From Catajapyx aquilonaris (Eukaryota): a stretch of 39,483 nt of DNA. The notes under the pieces were generated by a model. The model was not told the DNA's origin, did not search any database, and saw only the letters and a list, made by a program, of their open reading frames with translations. Below are positions 10,701-21,400 of the stretch, piece by piece. The first letter of the stretch is position 1. Each line of letters starts with the position of its first letter. The position numbers and the translations under genes are program-made. The stretch is taken from positions 1-39,483 of the forward strand of contig KZ538992.1 of assembly GCA_000934665.2 (NCBI GenBank), read 5' to 3'.

Positions 10701-13700
10701 ACCAATCAGAGCAGACCCTTGGGGCCCTCTCTGATAGGTCGGCAGGGTCAACACGACCGAAGACAAGACAGTCGATGGCCAGTGTGCCTTAAGAGTACAA
10801 CTGCTCTTTACATTGCACAGCACCACATTTCCCCCTATCTGCGACTTTTGGAACTACTGTTTTTCAATCAAGGAATCCTTCTTCTGATGACTTCATTAGT
10901 ACCTCTACCAAATGAGAGGCTATTACGGGGTTGTTAAAATGAGTTACAGATGGTACTGAGTACCATCAGTTTAATTACTGCCACCATGTATCAGCAGTAT
11001 ATAGGCTTAATAAAAAATGCTCAAAATAAATTCAGTAGTTACAACACCACTTAGCTACCTACATTTGGCAATACTTGGGAGATCAGAAACTGACCTTGAA
11101 GACAGTAAAAAGGAGAGATGTTCCGTCAGCTGTGACTTCAACAAGAATGGACTGTGGCATTCTCATGCACCATTCCCCCAAACAGAAGAGAACTGATGTG
11201 ATGAGTCTCTGGTCCTGATCCCTGAGATCTGCATCTCCCAAGGGCAGCAGCGTTGGAAGGGTTAATGCCAATACCTATCAAATGTTGGGAACATGAATGG
11301 TAATTAAGAGTGAAACAATAAAACCATCATTTATAAAAGAGGACAAGGTGGCAAAGGGACTTAGGACATGGCATACCACAGTTTAAGCCAGCCCCCGGAC
11401 ACTTACACTACATTCTGGCGTTATCACCTGCCGGGGCGTTTTGCAGCGGGTGCTCACCTGAGAGCGCCATGAGACATTTGGGAGCCCAGGTAAGTGGCGA
11501 CCCTACCGGACTAGGCTGAACTTTATAGGTACCCATGTTTGGCCAGCATGTAGCGCTTCCCTTCGTACCTATAAAGTTCAGCCTAGTCCGGTAGGGTCGC
11601 CACTTACCTGGGCTCCCAAATGTCTCATGGCGCTCTCAGGTGAGCACCGGCTGCAAAACGCCAGAATGTAGTATAAGTATTCCAGGACTTCAGAGATGGC
11701 AGGGGTCAAAGTATTCGGATGCAAAGGAGCAATTTGGCAGTCAAAAATTGTCATCTGCACTTCAAACTGAGCCTTGGGAGTGTAAATTTTGCACTCCAAT
11801 TGGCTGTTTTTAAACATGGCTATACCCAATAATTAAAAATTAAGAACTCCAAGTAAGCGATTTGCACTCCATATTAAAGTCTGGAGTGCAAACTTTGCAT
11901 CTGGACAAAAATTTTAAAATTCGACCCCTGAGACGGTATGGAAAATGTATGGTATGCCACCTGTCACTTCAAATTACAGGCAGCCATGGCAGAATATATT
12001 GATCTGGGAATATATCTTGTTTTCTGCCGAAATCGTCCCACTAGAATTACTAGTCAGGATTGTAGTAGTTAAAATTGTAGTTAATAAAGTGGATTAAAGA
12101 ATGATAGCAAAGAGAACAAGTCAGTGAATATGGTGATTGTAACTGGAGATTATTATTGGTTTTGTACTAAGATTTATCTGTCTTTTGTATTAACGACTTC
12201 CCAAAGCATTAAAATCCCCATCTATTAAGTCAGGTGTGGAACTTCACTTCTTGACACCATTGTTACTAATAATTAAATCATATTAGCAAGGTATTTCTGT
12301 AATAGCGTTAACCTCTACACAGTGTAGTTATTTTCAGCAGTCTGTCAAAGTAAAACCAACCTCTACAATCTTCCTCGGGATTTCCGGGAAATATGTGAGA
12401 AGACGATCTACATGGTCACAGAGCAGAAGCAGCATGTCTGATGCCACCTGAGCAACCACCTTGTTGTTGAACTGAAAACAAAAATAAGCAAAGTATATAT
12501 CGTGGCAGTTCAAAATCTTGGTTGGGGAACAGTACCCTGCATTAATGGCCATGCAGACATCGCCACCTGTCCAAGAACGAGCGGAAATAGGCGTCGGTGA
12601 GGTGCGTCCAAAATACTTGGACAGCTCAAGATATAGCGGTAGATTCAAACTCTTGCTACAAAGATGGATCACAGCGGATCACAGATATATCTGTGCGATG
12701 AATTATAAGGCCATTGCGATTCCTATCAATGTATTGAGGTTGTGAACCAGTTATTACCTGGACCAAGCGAATGCCTGTTAATCCACCGCGATATCTTGAG
12801 CCGTCTAGAGCAGACTCGCCCCCAACTCACCTAACTCCATTGTTACGCTTCATTATTATATCTTCTTAAGTCCAGATTATCTTAACGGTGATTTTTTATC
12901 ACATTTTGTTTATTACCCTACCACTCCATTTTTTTGAGGTGGGTGAACTACACTGGGGATGGGCAAGTATAGCGAACGATGCAGCCCCGCCAGTGCCAAA
13001 TTTCAGGCTGGTTGAGACACACGAATTACCCTACCATATCCATAAGGCTAGGGGGGAAGTGACTAGGGGGGAAGTGATGGTGGGCTGGTATCAACAGTTC
13101 AAAAAGAATTGTCCCTCGCATCAGGATGAAAGCAACCAGTTAACTGGTTCCTTTCATCCTGACGCGTGGCTGCCCGCTCGACGCGAGGGACAATTCTTTT
13201 TGGACTGATGATACAAGCAATTATACACTGCACTATGTAAAAACTGTCTCAGAGCAAGTATTACTGCCACGAAAGATTTACAATCCAATATTTAGGTTAC
13301 ATGAATCACCATGTATTATGGAAATATTTAACCCTTTTGCCCGCAGCCACCTAGAATCTAGGCGATGAGAACTCGACCGCGCAGTACCAGCTACACCCGC
13401 CATCGCCTAGTTTCCGCATACGCGTGCACTGAAGATATGAAAAATATATTTCACAAATAAAAACAGCTATACTTACCCATTCGTGGAAAGCACTCTGAAT
13501 GTGTTGGAAACAATTTTCCCTTATAGAAGTCCCCAAATTGATTTCCAAAAATATCGCTGTAAAAACTCGAAATTCAAGTACTGCCGGCCAACTGATTTCA
13601 TAATAATCATAATAATCATAATCATAATAATCGTAATCATAATAATGGAATCTCCGTGATAAGCCTCCTTGGGCTTTTTAGGGGATCGTCTTTTTAGTTG

Positions 13701-15370
13701 ACCGACTTTAATCATTGTCTACGCTGTGATGGATTTTGATTGCAGGAGAAAACAGGATAACCCCAAGAAAACCCACACGAACACGGAGAGAACCCATCGA
13801 AACTCTATCCACATAAGCATCCTCTGTCCTATCCGGGGATGGAACTCGGGACCTTAGAGGTGGAAGGCTGCGGCGCTAACCACTACACCTCTGTGCCGCC
13901 CATAACTGATTTCATTATGAAATACTTTAAAAATATACGGAACAACAATCTTGAGAAGCAGGTCAGATGAATTCGCTGAAGTTGTCGTCCTTTTCAAGAA
14001 ATAAGCAAATTTGGGAGTTATCCGAAGTGACAGGCACAAGTTGCAGAAAAATATTCATTTATTTCACCGAAGCAGTAGTGGTGTAGTGGTATGGTGTCCG
14101 ACTGCTAATCGGGAGGTCCTGGGTTCGAATCCCGGAGGCCGGCGACCCTGACCATGGTTTTCTGTGGTTTCCCATGGTCCTTGCAGGATAATTCCGGGGT
14201 CGTTACCATAATATAGGCCACAGCCGCCTCCTTCCTTCCCTTTCCCTGCTTCATTCCGGTGATGAGAAAAATAGTAAAAATTGGAAGAGTTCCGGACAAA
14301 AAATTGGGAGAAATCCCCCCCTAGGAAAGCCCGTAGGCTGATAATGGGGTATCAAATTATTATTATCAAATTATTATTATTATTATTATTCATTTATTTC
14401 TAGTAAAGTTACAACTATATCAGCGAATTTATCTGACACCCTTCGCAAGAATCTTATTCCATATATTTTAATGTACGTATTTCATAATTAAATCAGCCTG
14501 ACAGTTGGCCGGTAGTACTTGGATTTCATCTTTTACAGCGATCTTTTTGGAAATTAATTTACGGACTTATAGAGCTAAGGAAAATTGTTTCCAATACATA
14601 CGTTGTGTTCTGCATGAACGGGTAAGTATAACTGTTACTATTGGTAAAATATCTTGCCCAATACTTGTAAGTTGAACAGGAGGTAAAATCTAGGCTGAAA
14701 TGCAGGGTGAAGGGAAACTCACGGACAATCACCAGGTAGACTGATAGTACTCGTAAAAGTACTTGTATAGGGATGTGCAATTAGTTTTGGGCTCCGTTGC
14801 ATAGATACTGCATACGGCGTTGTCAAAGTTTCATGATGTCACATCCGTTCTGCCAGCTTCTAAGAAGCAAAAGTCAGTTCCTTGCCTTGGTCCCCCAACA
14901 CATTTTACATGTGCAAAAGGCGATCAAATCCCGTCAGAGTAAGAATCTGGGTACGATACCCATGCACTTTGTCGTTTTTGCCTCATAGTCCACCATCAGG
15001 CCCTCTACACTTTAAGGGTGCCATAAGCATTAACTATGCAGCAGAGCCAAAAACTAATTGCACATCCCTATATCAGTTTTGCTAGTACTACCGAAGCAGT
15101 TTGGAGGAGGGGATATGGTGTCCGACTGCTAATCGGGAGGTCCTGGGATCAAATCCCGGGGCCGACTACTCTGACCATTCTGTGGTTTCCCACGGTCCGT
15201 CCAGGAAAATTCCGGAGTTGCTTCTGTAATTAATAGGCCACAGCCGCTTCCTTCCGTCCCTATCCTATCCCAAAGAGCACAGTAAAATGAAAAGCAAAGA
15301 GTTCCAGGCAAAACAAACTTCCCCCCTAAAGACCCGATGGCTGATAACGGGGTATGAATTATTATTATTA

Positions 15371-15437
<67 letters not shown>

Positions 15438-18400
15438 GATATTAGTTTTGCGAGTACTATCAGTCTACCTGGCGATTGTCCGCAAGTTTCCCTTCACCCT
15501 GTATAGTGGGTATACTGTGCGGCGATCTGTTTGGAAATCAATTTACAGACTTCTATGCAAGTAAATTGTTTCCAACACATGCATTGTGTAGAGTATGACT
15601 GTAAAAGTATAGCTGTTAGTTTGTAAAATATCTTGTCCTTATTTGCAAGTGGAACAGAAGCGAAAACAATCTAGGAAATGGAGGTATAGGTGGAACCTGG
15701 TGGTCGAGTTCTCATCGCCCAGATTCTAAGTCGCTGGGGCCGAAGGGGTTAGGAGCTAAAAATAATTCATGCATTTAAAAACACAATCTAAGTTTCTCAG
15801 AGTTCAAAATCAACTAATCAATTTCAACTCTACTTCTTCTCACCCTTAGGGCCATGAGAAACACTTCCATGACATCCTTCATCCTAGGGTGAAATGTCTG
15901 ATGAGTGAGCTCCTCATACAAAAATATCCCTAGGCTGGAAACGACAATGCATCTGGCTGCTCCTGATGGCTCCCTCTTGCCACATTGAATCAGTGCTTGC
16001 AGTATGACATCTTTTAGGTTGGGACAGGTGGTCAGAGACAGCTGGGAGGGAACTGATTCCAAAACTGATACATTTCCCAGGATATTTGGGAAGCAGGTAA
16101 GGGCACCCAACAGAGATGTAGCCTCCAGTCGTGGGGCCTGAAAATATTAATGAGATAAGGCACTAAATAAAATGACATTGATATTTGCAAATTACAATAA
16201 AATAGAGGATTGGAACTAGGTTATCAAGTGATATCAATTATATGAATGGCCTTCGAAATAAGAAATTATTTTGAACTAACAAGGATGGGCATAATTTGAA
16301 TAAGTTCATATTGCTTCCCAAAATAGATGCACGCGGCCATATAAGAACTGTCTTTCCTATGATTTTGTGTTTACGGTTCTTTTGCTTAAAATTCAGCAAT
16401 TGTGAACATGTCATATGTAATACCTCATAAAAGTAATGACCTCCAAAAGCACATGGCTGGATAACAGTATAGCAGCAATTTGAGTCTGCAGGACCACAAT
16501 CATATGCTCTTCCCCTGTGCAGGGGTGATGATAGGGGATAACCTTAGTGAAGAGGTAAGCCTTTTGCTTTTTAGGACAGACGTACTGTACATTGACTGCA
16601 TACTATGACCACTCTAACATTTTAAAACATTTCTCCAAAGATGTGGGGGAGGTCCACAATTATGAAAGTAGTTTCACATTTTTAAAATTATAGGAACAGT
16701 AATCAGGGAATAGATACAGTGCAATCAATACTTCCATCATACAGGGAATTGCCCAGTGCAGCACGTGGTTTGTTTCCGTATTGTCAAAGTTTTAAGTTAG
16801 AATGATTGAACAGTAGCAGAGAAGACAAAAATTGATGGTGAACGTGTGCACGTCATATGTGCAAGCATGTCTTTCGCATTGGCAATATCATATTTAAGGC
16901 ATTTGCAGTTGTGTGTAAAGCTAGTGACTTCCCAAATTTCCAAATTCGCTAGTACTTTGCACATAACTCACAAATATTTTTACAAGGGGGAAATGGAAAT
17001 GCACCACTTTTTCACCTCATTGGACAGGTGCATACATGTAAACTGGCAACTTGCCAGCTGCAGGGAGGATGAAATGGGAAGGATTTGAGATTATGACCCT
17101 AAAAGGAAGTAACTGTATTTTTGACCACTCTGAATTCCCAAAAGAGTGCAACTATACGTGGCGTAAGTGATTTACATTACGTAACTTTACACTGCCCTTA
17201 CACCTGATTTTAGCGGCATATCTCCGAAGGTATAAAGTGATTCACAAACCGGCGCAGCACTCGGTGTAAGGGGGGCACAAGTGTAAAAGTCACATGTCAA
17301 GTAACAGGGCTCGCTACTGGCTGCGTTGGGAGACGGCCACCCGAACCCAGCCATAACCAACCCTAGCGCCAACCTAGTGGAAGGCAAAGATGCTAGGGAA
17401 GGTGGGGAAGAGTTACGATCTTTGGTGGAAGACCTGAAAATAGTGGGCACTCGGCTGAAATTAAAAAGGGAGACCAACTAGTTTATTGAGGGATGGTGCT
17501 AGACATCCGCTCAAGGCTGCCACTTGATTGTCTGAGGGCAACCCGGATTTAGACACATTCCCCTATTCCCAATCCTTATCCGAACTAACCAAATAAGCTA
17601 TCGGCAGTCAGGCAAAGCTGGCCGAAACTGTTGCTTCGTCTGTGCGGAGGGGTAAATCACTCAGAAGTTGCGTACAACGGACTCACCATAAGCCGGACTT
17701 GGTGCTTACCGTACATACAACGGACGACGAGTGATTTACCCCTCGTTGTCTGCCGGCAGCAAGTGTCATCACGTCAGGCGGATTTTACGCCATGAGTAGG
17801 CCTACCCATGACTGGCATGTAACAGGGGGTCCACATGCAATCCCGGATTATTGGGGGAAAGGCGGGGTGAAAAGCAGCCAGTCGTCGGCCAATGTCACTT
17901 CTCTCACTTACACCTCCTCCCGACCAGGCGTAGAGATCCGCTCGGTTGTAAATAGTTGCGCTCTTTGTGAATCCAATTCGCAGCGCCACACCTCCAGTGG
18001 CGAAAAAGGGAACTGAACTTGCGCCATGTATCTTATTTGCGCTCATTTGTGAATCCACCCCCTGAGGTTCATTCATAAGGGTTTTACTACATATATGGTG
18101 AAGGGAAACTTGTGGACAATCGCCAGGTAGACTCATAGTATTCGTAAAACTAATGTAGCGATGTGCAATTAGTAAGGGTTGTGTAATTAATGCATACAGC
18201 GCCGTCAAAGGTTTGTGACGTCACATCCTTCAAGGAAGCAAAAGTCAGCTCGATGGCCTCTGAACAATCCAGCCTTGGGTCTGTAACACATCGTCCATGT
18301 GCAATAGGTGATCAAATTCCGTCAGAGTAAGAATCCAGGTGTGACACCTGTGCACTTTGTCGGTTTTACCTCATATGGTACCATCCGGCCCTCTACACTT

Positions 18401-21400
18401 AAAAGGCGCTGTACGCATTAACTACGAAACGGCGCCAAAAACTAATTGCGCATCCCTATATTAGTTTTGTAAGTACTATCAGTCTATCTGGCGATTGTCC
18501 GCGAGTTTCCTTCACCCTGTATATTTTTCCACATTGTGTATTACTAATGTATGCACAGGAACAAAAGGCTCCTAAGATTTCAACTACACACTCACTGATT
18601 TGAGATTGGATGATGAGAGAACCAAGTTGGCACCATGGATGAAGTCAGTCAAAAGTAAGGTATACCCAGGCATCATCAAGGAAAAGTACCGTGGGCCACA
18701 GTGCTTCACGATGGTATTTATCATTTCCTGGAATATGAGGTCAAAAATGACTTTCATGTTGTATGTTTATGGGAGTCTAGGCAATAAGGTTTCCATCACA
18801 CAATCAAAATATTGGCATGCAGTAATTACATTGTAAATATCTAAAGTGACACCATTCATGGCAGCTTTTTTACCTTTGTGGATTTAGAATATGGGTTAGA
18901 AGGCCCATGCCTGTTCAGTTTAGACTCTTTAGAGCAGCATTTGTCAACCTTTTTACATTTCCAGAACCCTCGAAATAATTTCATGTCTCAGGGAACCCCT
19001 ACATAAAAATTATTATATCAATTAATGACTCAAATATATATTTTACATATGATTGGCCTATTATCACTATTTCTCAAGGAACCCCTGGCAATTGCTAGTG
19101 GAACCCTAGGGTTCCGCAGAACCCCGGTCGAGAAACGCTGCTTTCGAGTATAGTTAACAACAAAATGCACTGAAGCGAGACGAAAACTCGTCAAGCATCC
19201 AAGAAACTGACCTGATCACTTCCAACCAGCCCCTCATGCAAAATTCGATAAAATTGCACTAAGTGCTCTCTTGATAATGGAATGTTTTGTGGTGCCACAG
19301 TGATCTTGCACAGCAAAGCATGAGCATACAGCTGCCCTTTGTGGTAATCTTGAGGTAGAGTAATAGCCTGCAAGATAAATTCACAAAATAAAACCCATTC
19401 ACCTTTTGGTAAAGCAACAAACTAACTTTGAAACACCATGGTGCAATGATGTTAACGGGAGGCACAAGCTCCGGAGGTGGCGGAGTGCTCATGTTGTCAA
19501 CAGTTACGCTTTGGTTAAGTTTGATCTGCAAAGATCAAAAGAATTCTGAAATTAGTTATATGCACTTTTTGGTTGCTTTTTAATATCACCTTATAAAGGG
19601 TATCACAGAGTTCTACGAGGTACTCAAAAACTTGGGCATGGATGATGGGACAATTGATTTGATTTATGTCACCTAGAGCCCCAAGCATACGCTTCCATAA
19701 CACAACAGCAACATCAGGAAGCCAGCCCCTGACATTTCCTCCTGACATCACAGACCGGTGCTCTTGGCCTGAAGAGTAGTTCATATCTGAAAAGAAAAAT
19801 ACCAGCTAGCTCATTTCAGTATTCAGAATCACAATGATACCTTAGATCATCAACACTGACCTAAGCTACTGGAATCGCCTCCAAGCATGTCAATCTGCAT
19901 TGGAGAATCCTTAATGGAATTGCTCTCCATCCCACTTGATGGAGCTGGAGATGGAGTTCTGGTAGGGATGCCTAAGTCACCACTTGGATGACCTCCAGAA
20001 GAATCAAAGAGGAAATAAATTCTGAGTCACCCTTAATTAATATGAACATAATTGAACCCTTTCAGTACCAGCGCCGCCCCCCGTGGCGGTACATTTTGAG
20101 ACTTTTTTGCAGAACTTCTATAAGTCTTAAATGAGTGCGGTCTTCTGCATATTCACAAACGAAACATGCACAACTCACCCAAAAAATCTCATGTTCTCAG
20201 GCCACACGGCCATCTTGGGTGCATTCCGAGAAGCGTGCAAGGTCACGTTTAAAGCTAATTAAATTAACTCTAAAGATTTAATAAAAACAAGCTCATTTTT
20301 AGGACTTGAACAATAAAGGAATTTGCTTGGTGAGCAAAAATTTGCATAAAAGAATGTTTTACAAAGTCGCATTGGTGTCCTGTAAGTCCCCTGAAAGAGC
20401 TTGTCCCTTTATGCGTCAGATGGCTTGCAATCCCGCATTCAGCTGCTTCGTCAGCCTGAAAGGGATTTAGCTGGTGGGCAAGAGATGGCGGAGGGCTGGC
20501 TGGGGAAGCAATGGGTTGACCGCCCATACATTCCATTCCACGCGAATTCAAATACATATAGAACCCCACCCCCTAATTGCAATTAAAAACCGTCAAGGTC
20601 AAATCTGCCGGTACCGAGAGGGTTAAAGAGGAGTGTTTTACCATAAATTGTATAAAAGCATTTCCCCCAAAAATCAACATGGCCATTTGATAGCTGAGAT
20701 CTTGAGGTACTACAGGGCACATTCCATGCCAATATAATCATTTTTCAAACTGTGCTATCATGCCTTGAAAATTCTGCACTGGAGCCAAACAAAAGTTCCT
20801 TAAAGGGACACTCCACTCAAAATGCAAGTTGGGCTCTAAAAATCGGGCAAAAAATCCTGATTCCGAAGGTGCAATCGGTTTTTTTCTACGCGGAACAGAA
20901 AAGCCAGGACGAGGCGTTAAAGACTCAGAATTTGCGTCGTCTGCTAATGAGCTGCCCCGCCAGCCCAGTCCGCCACCGCCGTGAGCGCCGCCACTGGGCG
21001 CTAGGCGAAAGTGTTTAAGTACTGAAAGTCGGGTCGGGTCAAGAGGTGGCGGGATAAACCTGTGGGACGGACCAAAGATGGCGCGGACCATGGCGTGGAT
21101 CAAGATGGCGCAGGAATATGCCAATTTCTGCCCAGTCCCGGGAGAGGCGCTGCTGTTTTGCGGCAGATTCGAATTGCCTAACTTTGACGGCTCGCCCTGA
21201 CCTTACCGTTCGTCTCTCAGAAAAACTGCTTATACACTCGGAATCAGGATTTCTTGCCCGATTTTTAGAGTCCAACTTGCATTTTGAGTGGAGTGTCCCT
21301 TTAATATGCAAGTTTCTGCAGCATCCAGGGTAGATACATTACAGACAGGTTTCACAGTGTATTCACGAAATGCACATTCCATTCTTTATGCATAGGTAAA

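Larger units (their letters stand above)
9396..10988 (-). mobile_element. Internally deleted Tc1/mariner element with transposase relic
   Basis: ~190-bp TIRs (9396-9590 vs 10805-10988), TA flanks; minus-strand decayed [24 protein letters not shown] and [18 protein letters not shown] motifs at ~9850-10225. Confidence 0.85.
13332..15748. mobile_element. piggyBac-like fold-back element with four nested insertions
   Basis: TTAA / TTAG flanks, ccctt / aagggg termini; 13332-13600 plus 13905-14010 is complementary to 14393-14700 and 15518-15748. Confidence 0.75.

Noticed and set aside
13204..13215. CTGATGA hammerhead-core motif (also near 10885 and 29305)
   Set aside because: No correctly placed GAAA or stem II/III; the motifs fall in transposon TIRs
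17187..18208. ORFs of 96-144 aa in a GC-rich block
   Set aside because: No recognisable domain or splice context; they span TE boundaries
19810..19852. Minus-strand TGATGA...CTGA resembling snoRNA C/D boxes
   Set aside because: Boxes only ~20 nt apart in a 74-nt intron, too small for a snoRNA
20738..21333. ORFs sharing [19 protein letters not shown]
   Set aside because: Translation of the two TIRs of the Kolobok-type MITE, not a protein repeat
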